Shown piece after piece: positions 10,325 to 21,500 of a stretch of DNA of 64,000 nt. The notes under the pieces are model-generated. The model had not been told where the DNA came from and made no database searches. It saw only the letters and a list, made by a program, of their open reading frames with translations. Each line of letters starts with the position of its first letter. Position 1 is the stretch's first letter. The position numbers were made by a program, and so were the translations under genes. This stretch comes from Botryllus schlosseri. Its lineage: Eukaryota. The stretch lies in NCBI GenBank assembly GCA_051294905.1, contig CM119372.1, positions 20,896,001 to 20,960,000 on the forward strand. Reading direction: 5' to 3'.

Positions 10325-13300
10325 TCAGATCGCATCGACCAATCTCGTTTTTTGCAAGTACGCTTTCATAGACGACGCGTAGGTCCTTCCGTTTATGATA
10401 CGAGGCGGACAGTAGCCATGACTGTTCCCGACATCGTATCCCAGCAAGTGCTTCCTTAGTTTCTCATCAGAATAGGAGTCGAGTCCGTTTTCCAAGATGT
10501 CGGAAACCACTGAATCAGCATTTTCATCTGCGCTTTCTTTCTCGATCGCCGGCTCGCTTTTGATGATCCGGTTTATCAAATGTTCCGGCAGCATGCTCAT
10601 GATAATACCCGTGCGTTGCAGTACGCTGCCGGGCATGAACTTGCCGAGAACGCGACTCTTTTCTTTGGGAACGTCTGTCTTTTTCGGAGATGCGTCCAGT
10701 TCGTTCCAGTCTACTTCAGGGACGCGACTTTCCGATTTTGTAGCCTCCTTGCTTTTATTTGATCCGTCGGGTGCGCTCTTGGAAGACGCCGTTTTTCTCG
10801 AAGATTTAGACTTTCTTTCGTAATCTTTTGATGAGTGCGGCGTTTCTTTTGGCATGCGATGACTCGAGGGAGACCTGTTCTCTCTCGTGTCTGACCGCTT
10901 TTTCTTACCTCTGTCTCGCGACACAGACAAATGCCTAGAGCCACCGCTTTCGTCACGATGTATGTTCGCGACACGCGGCCGATCGCCAGTCCTGCCCCTC
11001 TCGTTGTCCACATTTTTAACCAGTTTCATACTCGCAATCTCCCTGGAGTGAGACTGCGTTCTCTCGGTTTTCACCAACCTCATCGAATCTGGGGCCGGTT
11101 TCCTATCGCGTGGCGAATTACGATCGCTTCTCGGCGATCTTAGACCTACGGGTTCGCGGTTTTTATTTTTAATCCCAGTGGGCGGGTGAGGATGTGCAGA
11201 CCGAGAGTCGTGACTGCCCGATCGCGACAGTCTGTTATCGTATTCGTCGCGTACAGGCATATGTTTCCGGTCGCGTCTGTCTACGTGTAAGACAGTATCT
11301 CTCGGGTGATTTCGTTCGAATTTCCTGTCATTATCGACGAATCGGCCGGGGTCTAGATACGGTTGATTGTCTCGAGGGTGAGGCAGCCGCGGCGGACTGC
11401 GTCCTCGGCCAAAATTCGGGGACAACAAAGGCGGCGGCCTCCTATCGTTTGGTCTCATAACGTGCCTTTCCGGGGCAACACCGACCGAGTGGATACGATC
11501 GTCGCGATACTGATCCGGTTCTGGACGGTTCCTTTGCTGGTATTTATTTGCGGGGCCCCTCGGGTTATCCCCTCGCATATCCTGTTCGTGCGGCATCGAC
11601 ATCAATCTTGGTATGATGCCTTCTTTCCGTTCGCCAGAGTTGCGTTTCATATTTTCGCCGTGCCAGTCCATGACTTTGCGACTACTGCTGATACCGCTTC
11701 TCTCCGACGAGAAATGACGCACCTGCGGTTTCGGGCGAATCACCTCTCTCCTTTCCGGAGAATATCTCTCCTCTCTGGGACGTTCCATTTCGTCGTAACC
11801 CACCTTTCTCCGGTCCAGGTCGAAATCTTTGTGGGGTCCTCTGTACTTTTCGTAAGTCTCACGACGGTCATGTTTACCACCGGGCATACTCCGTTCTACT
11901 TTCGGATCGCGTCTGACGCTAACCCGGTCAGGAGTTTTACGTTGGAACGGCTCGATTTTGTCACGGCGAGAATGGTACTTGTCCTCACGATGTAATTTTT
12001 GCGACGGCCGCACCTGGGTCGGTTTCTTGTCTTGATCGCGGTATTCCTGTTCCTGGACGATCTCCGGAGATTCGTAAAAGTTACCTTCGTCTCTTTTTCG
12101 TTTTCTCTTTTTTCTCTCCTTTTTCGCATCGTCGCTATAATCGTCGTCTATGACTTCGTAACGTGGCTTGCTGGACGAGTCTAGTTCCTTTTTCAATTTC
12201 TTCTTGCTCTTGGCGCGTTTCTTGCTCTCTTTTTCGGTGTAGGTGTCACTGCTGTAGCGGTCGTCGTTCGCGACTTGCGACATTGCGGAAAATTCGACTT
12301 GCGAATGCCGGCTGCCCGGGGAGAAATCGGAATATGGCGGCGCCGGGGATTCGTCTCTGTGCACTCTCTTTGGCGGGTCCGCATCCTTGTGCTGCCGTTT
12401 TTTGCTCGAATGCGATTGCGACCTGTGCGATTCTTTAGTATCATCGTCTTCTTCCGGGATTTTTTTGCTTTTCTTGTGCCTGACGGGATTTTCTCTAGGC
12501 GAGTCGGGGTCCTGTCGCTTTCGTTTGCTTTTGCCGGACCTCGCTTCTTTTTCTTGCTTAGGATGAAATTGATCGTCCGAAGACGGGTCGTAAACGACGG
12601 GCGATATCTTGCGGTGGCCTTTTTCATGTTCTTTCGACTGGCCGTGGCTGGTCTTTGGCTTTGCGGATTTTCGTTCCACGCTGACGTCATCGGGATGATC
12701 TTTCTCCGTCTTGCGTTTCGCGGACTTTTTCGATTTAGAGGAGTGCCTGGACTCGACTTCGGAATCGTTATCTTGAGAGTCCAGCGACTCCTTGATTTTC
12801 TTTGACGGATCTTTAGATTTTTTCTTTTCTCTGCTTCTGCCGCGTTCCTTGTGCTTCCTGTAAGCCGAACGATCCGGGGAGAGACTTTGCTCGGGCTGAT
12901 CTGCTTTTTCGACGGACGAGCGCTTGGCGCTGTGTTTTTTTGATTTTTTCTTGGGCGACATGGAGTCAACGGTAGCCCGGTCCGGAGTGTCTTTAGAACG
13001 TTCGCGCAATGGAGAGACTCTCTTTTGGATGATCAGATTCTCCATTTTTCTCTCGCCCCTGTCCGATTTACGTTTTGAGCTGCTGTATGATTCGGATTGT
13101 TCCGACACGTGTCTCTCTTCGGATCGCCTGCGCGATTTTCTGGGCTGTTTCGGTTCATATTCCTGTGTTTTTGATTTACCGGACGAAGAATGTTCCTTAG
13201 ATTTCTTTGCTGGCGCCACCTCGGCCTCTCGTCGTGACTTTGACTTTTTCATAGCCTCGTCCGCTTTGAAGTCTTGCTTGATTTGCTCTTTCTCAGGCTT

Positions 13301-13441
13301 TTCTTGCGGTTCCGGGTCTTCCTTTGGCTTTTTCCGGTGTTTGTCTTTGTTTCCGAGACGTGCAAACACACTGCCTCGTTCAAGTTTCGTTTGCTTTATG
13401 TCGACAGTTACTTTGCGTCTTTTACTACTCGAAGACGACAT
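10325..13441 (-). CDS. ZC3H13: ZC3H13/Flacc-like m6A writer-complex subunit, single coding exon, no CCCH finger
   Basis: N-terminus KRRKVTV..SVFARLG resembles ZC3H13 RRKVTV..SVFERLG. Long K/R/S/E/D low-complexity middle. C-terminal VDWNEL..LGKFMPGSVLQRTGI resembles VDWSGL..LLKFTPGAVMLRVGI. Confidence 0.85.
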   Translation of the reverse strand: MSSSSSKRRKVTVDIKQTKLERGSVFARLGNKDKHRKKPKEDPEPQEKPEKEQIKQDFKADEAMKKSKSRREAEVAPAKKSKEHSSSGKSKTQEYEPKQPRKSRRRSEERHVSEQSESYSSSKRKSDRGERKMENLIIQKRVSPLRERSKDTPDRATVDSMSPKKKSKKHSAKRSSVEKADQPEQSLSPDRSAYRKHKERGRSREKKKSKDPSKKIKESLDSQDNDSEVESRHSSKSKKSAKRKTEKDHPDDVSVERKSAKPKTSHGQSKEHEKGHRKISPVVYDPSSDDQFHPKQEKEARSGKSKRKRQDPDSPRENPVRHKKSKKIPEEDDDTKESHRSQSHSSKKRQHKDADPPKRVHRDESPAPPYSDFSPGSRHSQVEFSAMSQVANDDRYSSDTYTEKESKKRAKSKKKLKKELDSSSKPRYEVIDDDYSDDAKKERKKRKRKRDEGNFYESPEIVQEQEYRDQDKKPTQVRPSQKLHREDKYHSRRDKIEPFQRKTPDRVSVRRDPKVERSMPGGKHDRRETYEKYRGPHKDFDLDRRKVGYDEMERPREERYSPERREVIRPKPQVRHFSSERSGISSSRKVMDWHGENMKRNSGERKEGIIPRLMSMPHEQDMRGDNPRGPANKYQQRNRPEPDQYRDDRIHSVGVAPERHVMRPNDRRPPPLLSPNFGRGRSPPRLPHPRDNQPYLDPGRFVDNDRKFERNHPRDTVLHVDRRDRKHMPVRDEYDNRLSRSGSHDSRSAHPHPPTGIKNKNREPVGLRSPRSDRNSPRDRKPAPDSMRLVKTERTQSHSREIASMKLVKNVDNERGRTGDRPRVANIHRDESGGSRHLSVSRDRGKKKRSDTRENRSPSSHRMPKETPHSSKDYERKSKSSRKTASSKSAPDGSNKSKEATKSESRVPEVDWNELDASPKKTDVPKEKSRVLGKFMPGSVLQRTGIIMSMLPEHLINRIIKSEPAIEKESADENADSVVSDILENGLDSYSDEKLRKHLLGYDVGNSHGYCPPRIINGRTYASSMKAYLQKTRLVDAI

Positions 13442-14095
13442 ATCCTAACTGACATGTACCTTAACAGTTGATCTTCATTAGTTTGTGAATTCAATTTTCA
13501 TGAACCATCTTTTCATAACAAAAAGGTTTCGACATTGTGTCGTCATCGTCATGTGAAAAAAAGGAGTCAGAATCAGGCCAATATAATGGAAGGCCTTACT
13601 TCAACTAATAATATATTACCAGAAGTGGTGATCTTCACGACTCCTGGCAACTTCCATTACCAAGCGCACAGTGGCACTGATTACTTGTGATACACATCGA
13701 TTCTAATTTTATTTCTATACAACACTCGACGAGACCTGATTTGTAGTGGGCTCCAGGGTTGCCAGACATCTTTCGAGAAAAAGGGCCAAACAGCGCCGGA
13801 AAAGGGGCCAAATTGTTCAATAACGTTAATAACGTTGAAAAATTACCCACAGTGCTTTTGTCAATCACCTGGATTTCCAGTCTTATATTAGGACACCAAA
13901 TCAAGTTAATCAACGACCTATAACTACACTGGATCCAACCACAATAACTGCTATTATTTCAAGCCGTTTCCAACTGAATATAAAATCGTAAAAGAAAACA
14001 TTTTGTGCAATAATATGAGAGCAAATGCCACCCGGGCACCCACAGAGCATTAGACATGACAATTTCTATGGTACACCTTAATGATATCATCAAAC

Positions 14096-14711
14096 CATAG
14101 TGTCCTATATTGGGTCGACACAAGCAAATCTCACGGTTCAATGAAATTGTATCACGTCACAGTTTCCATTTGGCTACAGGCAATTTAACGGTGATTTTTA
14201 ACCGGCTTGCCGAGCATTAAATTTGATGAATCGGCTATCAATCGAAAGCTGACGCTGTACTGTTTGCGAAAATATAAATTTTATTCCACTCATGGCCCTG
14301 GAACCCCCACAATCAGCCCCAAATTATTCATTGTCGAGTAGATTGGCAGTGTGACGCAACAATGCTGTCTGGCGAAACGAGAGTGTAGCTCAAGAAAAAG
14401 GCAGCCAGACAGCATTGTTGCGTCTGTCGTTTCGCCAGACAGCATTGTTGCGTCCCAATGCCAATCTCCATAACAATGGAAAATTAGAGGTTGATTGTGA
14501 GGGTTCCAGGGCCGCGAGCGGAATAAAATTTATATTTTCGTAATCAGTGCAGAGTCAGCTTTCGATTGATACCCGTTTCACCAAATTTAATGCTCGGCGA
14601 GCCGGTCAAAAATTACCGTCAAATTGCCTGTAGCCAAATGGAAACTGTGACGTGATACAATTTCATTGAACCGTGAGATTTCCTTGTGTCGACACCATAT
14701 AGGACACTATG
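14096..14711. mobile_element. Palindromic P/Galileo-like MITE, copy 1
   Basis: Ends CATAGTGTCCTATAT..ATATAGGACACTATG, ~280-bp inverted arms, 7-bp TSD atcaaac (14089-14095 / 14712-14718). Confidence 0.9.
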
Positions 14712-14931
14712 ATCAAACACTGTGCCAAGTCTCAAGTTGGGCATTCGATCATTAGTGTAGCGAAGTTGATTATGATTAGCACAGACGCGCGCTGATCTGG
14801 CATCTAGCATACGGTATTGAAGCGCGAAACAGATTATACGCAAAAGTCGGTATTGTACCGGGTTAATTTTAAAGGTGTTCCATCAGGAGATAGGTGACGA
14901 AATTTTGTATGGTACACCTTAATGATATCAT

Positions 14932-15507
14932 CATAGTGTCCTATATGGTGTCGACACAAGCAAATCGCACGGTTCAATGAAATTGTATCACGTCACAGTT
15001 TCCATTTGGCTACAGGCAATTTGACGGTGATTTTTGACCGACTTGCCGAGCATCAAATTTGATAAAACGGGTATCAATCGAAAGCTGCCGCCGTACTGAT
15101 TACGAAAATATAAATTTTATTCCGCTCGCGGCCCTGGAACCCCCACAATCAGCCTCTAATTTTTGATTGTTATGGAGATTGGCATTGGGACGCAACAATG
15201 CTGTCTGGCGAAACGAGCGACGCAACAATACTGTCTGGCTCCCTTTTTCTCGAGGACCTGTCTCGTTTCGCTAGACAGCATTGAGGCTGATTGTGGGGGT
15301 TCCAGGGCCGCGAGCGGAATAAAATTTATATTTTCGTAATCAGTACGGCGGCAGCTTTCGATTGATACCCGTTTTATCAAATTTGATGCTCGGCAAGTTG
15401 GTCAAAAATCACCGTCAAATTGTCTGTAGCCAAATGGAAACTGTGACGTGATACAATTTCATTGAACCGTGCGATTTGCTTGTGTCGACACCATATAGGA
15501 CACTATG
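14932..15507. mobile_element. Palindromic P/Galileo-like MITE, copy 2
   Basis: Same termini; 7-bp TSD atatcat (14925-14931 / 15508-15514). Confidence 0.9.
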
Positions 15508-16491
15508 ATATCATCAAACACTGTGCCAAGTTTCAAGGTGGGCACTCGATGCTTTATCTAGAAATTCGTTTAGCGATAAGGAGTATGATTAGCACAGACG
15601 CGCGCTGATCTGGCATCTACCACACGGTATTGAAGCGCGTGAGTGTGCGCGCGTGCAATATTTATTTATTTTCCGAGGCTGGATTTCCGAGGCTGCGATC
15701 CCCTTTGGTATCCAGGGCAACATTAATCACGAACCCGGATCCCATGTCTAGTACTCTAGTGTCTAGTCAAGTCATTAGTCAATCAAGCACACAAACTTTA
15801 CAGCGCAAACACAGACAAAATAAGACTGCTGTCCATCATTCTGGGCCGAATACTTGTATGAAATTTCCTAAGCGGAAAAAAGATATGACATACCATTACT
15901 ATTTTAAACAAATTTACTCCTGGAGGATGAGTTAATACCTTTTTCTGGGTTCAATAGTGGTATAAATTACTTACCAATATGAAATAGCTTATTTCCAGCC
16001 GAAATTTGTGTGATGTGATCGCATTCGCAACGATACACCATTGCTTCGATCAATTTCACCCTGTCAATATATCTTATCGGTAGGGTAACTTATACGTTGT
16101 TCCGGAAGATGAGTTCATCATTGGTTATACCTTTTCTGAATCTCATAGTCGTCTACTTTACACCCAAACTGGAGAGAACTTATTTTGAGGTACACATGTA
16201 ACCCTAAAATCCAACTGAATAGGTCGGATCTGATCGCTACAAAGGGCAATTCACAATCGCTTCACGCAATTTGACCAAGTCAATATAATCTATCGGTAGG
16301 GTAACTTATACTTTGTGCCGGAAGATGAGTTATACCTTTTATGAATCAAATAGTCATCTATTTCACTCCCAAATTGGAGACATCTTATTTCAAGGTACAC
16401 AACCATCCGCAAAATTCACCCAAATGTGTGTGATAAGACGACCTACTGCGACAATGCACGATATCGCTTCATTCGATTTGACCATGTCCAT

Positions 16492-18500
16492 TAGGGTTGT
16501 TCAGATTTGGGCATTTTTTTGAAATCTTGTTTTGCGTAATTGCAAATGATAGTTTAGTGCATAAAAACACTTCTAAAAGCGATTTTGGTCATTTCCATGG
16601 CGATCTTCCTTGCGCGCAAAGCCCCCAAAGACCCACGGGCCAATTCTCCTTACTGCAGACTATTCACAATTCCTGGTTTGTAGCTTTAGTGAAGTTTAGA
16701 AAACGGCTGAGTAGAGCTGGGAAATATCAGGTCGAATTATCCTTTTGACGATTGAACATACTTACATTCCTATACATTCCAAATGTGGTTCACCTTCCCG
16801 TATTTGGCATAGGTAGCCGTCTGGTAGGCCTATGTATGAACGAATACAGGCATTTTCAGCTTGTTTCAACTCAGTAAATGTTAATCAAAGACATATTGTA
16901 TATGAATGTAATTTCATCTTTATAGTAGCTCCAATTCGCCTAATCCGCATCAGGTTTGCAGTATTTAATGCGTCAGAAGGAAAGTTGACCCCCCCACCTC
17001 CGAACACAAAAACGGCCTATAGTACCGAATACGGCCAAAATACCTAGGTACATTGTGCAAATGTCAAAAGCTCGCGATACTAGGCTTCTTCTCAAAAGAT
17101 CATAGTAGTTGAGTCTAAATGGGGGTCCTGATCCTCAACTATCAATGCATTCTGTCAGAAAACGTCCTCGGCGTTCTTACGGAAACAGAAACAATAATCT
17201 CAATACATAGTTGCAAGCACATACCATAGTAGGTGACGACAATGACTAATATGCCATTTTGTAAGTAGTGTCAAAGTCGTTAATGACGCTGCTGAACGAG
17301 GAGTTCAACTCAACTCAACACCGACTTTTGCTTCGATCATCACAGATGATGAGCGCCATAAGAAAAGTCTGCTGCAAGTTGTTGAGCTACACCATCAGAA
17401 GTATGACAACTTCAATAAACCCACAATGAAATCCTATAAGCCTGCCTGAGACTAGCGCCTGTTGTTATCCACTTTTTGTTTTACGCTTACCCAATTCTCG
17501 ATGTGCTTCAATGATAATAACTGTCTTTTCATCCTTCACAATTGTCTCAAGTCACGTAAATGGTCGGCCTACTATGTCCGGATTTGTGTTTTGCCTTATT
17601 CTGCTTTTCAAGTCTGATAAGGCAAATTTCCTTACAATAAATTCATCAAGTTTCAGAAACATTGTCTGTGCCAGATATTTGTTTTTTTTTGTGTGAATTC
17701 AGTTGTAAACACATACCATAGTGGGTGACGACACTGACCAATATGTATTGAGATTATTGTTTCTGTTTCCGTAAGAACACCGTGGACGTTTTCTTAGAGA
17801 ATGCATTGGTAGTTGAGGATCAGGAACCCCATTTAGACTTAACTGCCATGATCTTTTGAGAAGAAGCCTAGTGTCGTGAGCTTTTGACATTTGCACAATT
17901 TACCTAGGTATTCTGGCCGTATTCGCTACTGTGACAACGCATTGGACAGTACAGGCCTGAGTTTTTGTGTTCGGAGGTGGGGGGGGGGGGGGTCAACATT
18001 CCTTCAGACGCATTAAATACTGAAAACCTGATGCGGATTAAGTGAATTGGAGCTACTATAAAGATGAAATTACATTCATACTCAACATGTCTTTGATTAA
18101 CATTTACTGAGTTAAAACAAGCTGAAAATGCCTGTATTCGTTCATACATAGGCCTACCACGCGGCTTCCTATGTCAAATACGGGAATGTGAACCACATTT
18201 GGAATGTATAGGAATGTAAGTATGTTCAATCGTCATAAAGATAATTCAACCTGATATTTCCCAGGTCTACTCACTGCTCAGCCGTTTTCTACCGCAAACT
18301 TCACTAAAGCTACAAACCAGGAATGGTGAATAGTCTGCAGTAAGGAGAATTGGCCCGTGGGTCTTTGGGGGCTTTGCGCGCAAGGAAGATCGCGATGAAA
18401 ATGACCAAAATCGCTTTTAGGAGTGTTTTTATGCACTAAACTATCATTTGCAATTACGCAAAACAAGATTTAAAAAAATGCCCAAATCTGAACAACCCTA
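16492..18500. mobile_element. Non-autonomous hAT element with ~720-bp inverted arms
   Basis: TAGGGTTGTTCAGATTTGGGC..GCCCAAATCTGAACAACCCTA; 8-bp TSD atgtccat (16484-16491 / 18501-18508). Confidence 0.9.
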
Positions 18501-18734
18501 ATGTCCATATATCTTATTGGTAGGGTAACTTATACTTTGTTCCGGAAGATGAGTTATACTTTTTATGAATGTAATAGTAATCTATTTTACACCCAAACTG
18601 GAGACTGGAGACAATTTTACACAAGTAACCCTAACATCCACCTAATTCGGTCGGATCCTATCGCATTGTGCGACAATGCACAATAGCTTCGCACGATTTG
18701 ACCATATCAACATATCTCCTCGGTAGGGTGACTT

Positions 18735-20250
18735 CATCATCATCATTGGTTTATTAGCAATTCCATCAGTTCAATACACCACAAAAAATGCGATACAATG
18801 AATGGACAGGAAGATGTCGAAGCGACTTGGATTTGTCAATGGAATCGGACACCCACCTTGGCCTAGGCGTAGTAAAGAGGAGGCATGCACACTGAATGAA
18901 AGTAAAGAATACAGTATAGAAAAAGAAAGCGACAAGAAATAGGGCGGCATGTCATGGGAAGCGAGATCGATAGGTCAGTCGTGGTCCGGTAATCTTGAGG
19001 ATGGACTGTATTTATTTAGTAGTAATTGCTTGTATTTCGACTTGAATGTGGACATGCTCGTCGACTGTCGGGTGGCAGGCGGGATACTGTTCCACACATC
19101 AGGTCCGGCATATTTGATGGAGCGATGATCTTTTCGGTCGATCATATGATATTTGGACGACGTGGACGCGCGTGTGTTGTACTTGTGCGCTTTTGATTCA
19201 GAGGTAAAGAAGTCATTGAAATATTCGGGGCAACGACCGCAGTGAAACTGATACATAAACTTGGCGATTTCTAGTTTCCGCATATCTTCTATGTTTAGGA
19301 CGCCGAATCTCTTCAGCAGCGACTTATTGGATGGGCAGCCAGGCCCCTTTGGGGCCCTAGCTATGATTCGGAGCACTTTATGTTGTAGTTTCTGCAGTGG
19401 CTTGAGTGCAGTTTTACTGGCAGCCCCCCAACAGAGGATGCCATAATGTAACTTCGATTGGATTAAGGATTTAAAGAGTATCAGGAGAACCCATGCTGGC
19501 ATGAAGCGCCCAAGGCTGTAGAACAGGCCGCACTTCGGTGATAATTTAGTTTCTAGGGACTGAATATGACTCTTCCAGGACATGTTCGAGTCCAGTAAAA
19601 CTCCGAGATATTTGGCATTATCTGTGTTGGAAACGGGCTGACCAGCGATATTAACGGTTAGGTTATTTTTCGAATTAACTGTCAGCAATTGCGATTTCGA
19701 GGCGTTTATGCAAAGGTTGTTCTGGGCCGTCCACTCATGGACTTTGGGCATTTGGTCACCAGTCAGGGCATCCAGCTCTGCCGTCGAAGATGCGGAAGAG
19801 AGGAGGTGAGTATCATCGGCGAACAGTGTGGTGTTCAATGAGGAGGTTTCAAAATGTCGTTGACATATAAGGTGAAAAGGACCGGTCCAAGTACTGAGCC
19901 CTGGGGCACACCACAGGTCACCGGGTGAGGAGAGGACAAGGTGTCTGAGATCGCAACCATTTGTTGGCGTCCAGTGAGGTAACTTTTCATGAGCTCAAGT
20001 TGTGGGCCCCGAAGTCCGTAACGCGCCAATTTCGAGATGAGAATTTTATGATCTACGCAGTCAAACGCTTTTTTTAGGTCGAGAAAAATGCTACATCCCA
20101 CATTTCGCTTCTCTGAGATATCATAGTACTGTTCGGCCACTGTTAGGAGGGCATGAGCGGTTTGGTGTTTGTTTCGGAAGCCAAATTGTTGAGGGGAAAT
20201 GACAGACATTTTGGCGAGGAATGAGGACAGGCGGGAGATGAGATATAGGC
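18735..20250 (-). mobile_element. 5'-truncated CR1/L2-group LINE (RT fragment, frameshift near 19835)
   Basis: QFGFR, FLDLKKAFDCVDH, GVPQGSVLGP, LFADDT, KYLGV, YGILCWG motifs; 3' tail aataaaccaa(tga)n at ~18735. Confidence 0.92.
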
Positions 20251-20779
20251 CTACATTTCCTGAATCCAATAGTCATATATTTTACACCCAGACTAGAGGC
20301 AGCTTATTTCGAGGTACACAAATTACTCTAAAATCCACCCAAATATGTCGGATCTGATCGCTACAAAGGTTAATTCACAATCGCTTCACGCAATTTGACC
20401 ATGTCAATATATCCTATCGGTAGGGTAACTTATACTTTGTTCCGGAAGATGAGTTATACCTTCAATGAATCTAATAGTCATCTATTTCACACCCAAATTG
20501 GAGGCATCTTATTTCAAGGTACACAACCATCCGTAAAATTCAACCAAATGTGTGTGATAAGATGGCCTACTGCGACAATGCACGATCGCTTCACAAGATT
20601 TTACTATGTGAATATATCTTGTCGGTTGGGTAACTTAAACTTTGTTCCGGAAGATGAGTTATCTATTTTCTGATTGTAATCGTCATATACTTTGAATACA
20701 ATCAATGAGTGATGACCGATGTTCAGATATATAAACAATAATTTTTATTATCAACGAAAATGAAAGAACGGGCGATTAA

Positions 20780-21500
20780 TTTTTTTAACAATAAAGCGGC
20801 GTAGAACAATATTTGCCCATTTTCTCTGATGAAATCGAAGGCTTCTTTGACGTCCACGAAATGTACCTGATAGTCGTTGAAACATATAGCCCCCCAAGGC
20901 AATTGAACGAGTACGACATCCAGTGACCACCAGCATCATTGCAACCTTTGTGAGTTATTGCGGATTTCAAAGTATATGTACGGGTACTACCATCTTGAAG
21001 CAATACTTTGATCTTTTCGTCAATTTGAATTGACGTAGCGGCTGTTAAGGTGCCAGTTGATTGTCTTGCCAACGAAATGATTAGAACATTATAGAGATCG
21101 ACGTCAAACTATTTCTGACCAAGTTATTGGCGGAGCTGCAAACGCTGCAATGTCTGAAATCGATTTCGTTTTTGAAATGGTCCAAACAAGTTTGTATGCT
21201 TGTGCAAGAACTGGGTACTGGGACCATCAGATCTATTCTTCGATTAGTCTGCTTATAAATTGAATTACCACAGTTGCAGCATTGATATTAACGATCGACG
21301 CTCACGAATGGTACGCAATTGAAACATTCCAAGGCAGTTGATACGAAAGGAGATGATAGAAACTCTTCTGAATCCAACTGATCGCCATACACGAAATCGC
21401 AGAAATCGCATGCTTCTTTAACCGATAAGTCATAAAAATCATCAGCAATCTCCTGTCTGTGTCTGCAAGTGTCCCGCGGCATAGCTTTCACCTTTCAAAT
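20780..21500 (-). pseudogene. Decayed ubiquitin-specific protease (USP/peptidase C19) catalytic-domain fragment, copy 1
   Basis: In USP order across one stop and two frameshifts: FVYGDQLDSEEFL, CCNC and CSVC zinc-ribbon pairs, VLIISLAR, YTLKSAITHKG..GGHW, CFNDYQV..GQILFY. Confidence 0.75.

Noticed and set aside
10497..13471. Overlapping ORFs on and opposite ZC3H13 (e.g. 12193-12969, 11363-11995)
   Set aside because: Shadow frames of a low-complexity, GC-richer CDS.
16497..18466. Pairs of near-identical ORFs on opposite strands (16832/17904, 16497/18278)
   Set aside because: Produced by the long inverted arms of the hAT element; no protein motifs.
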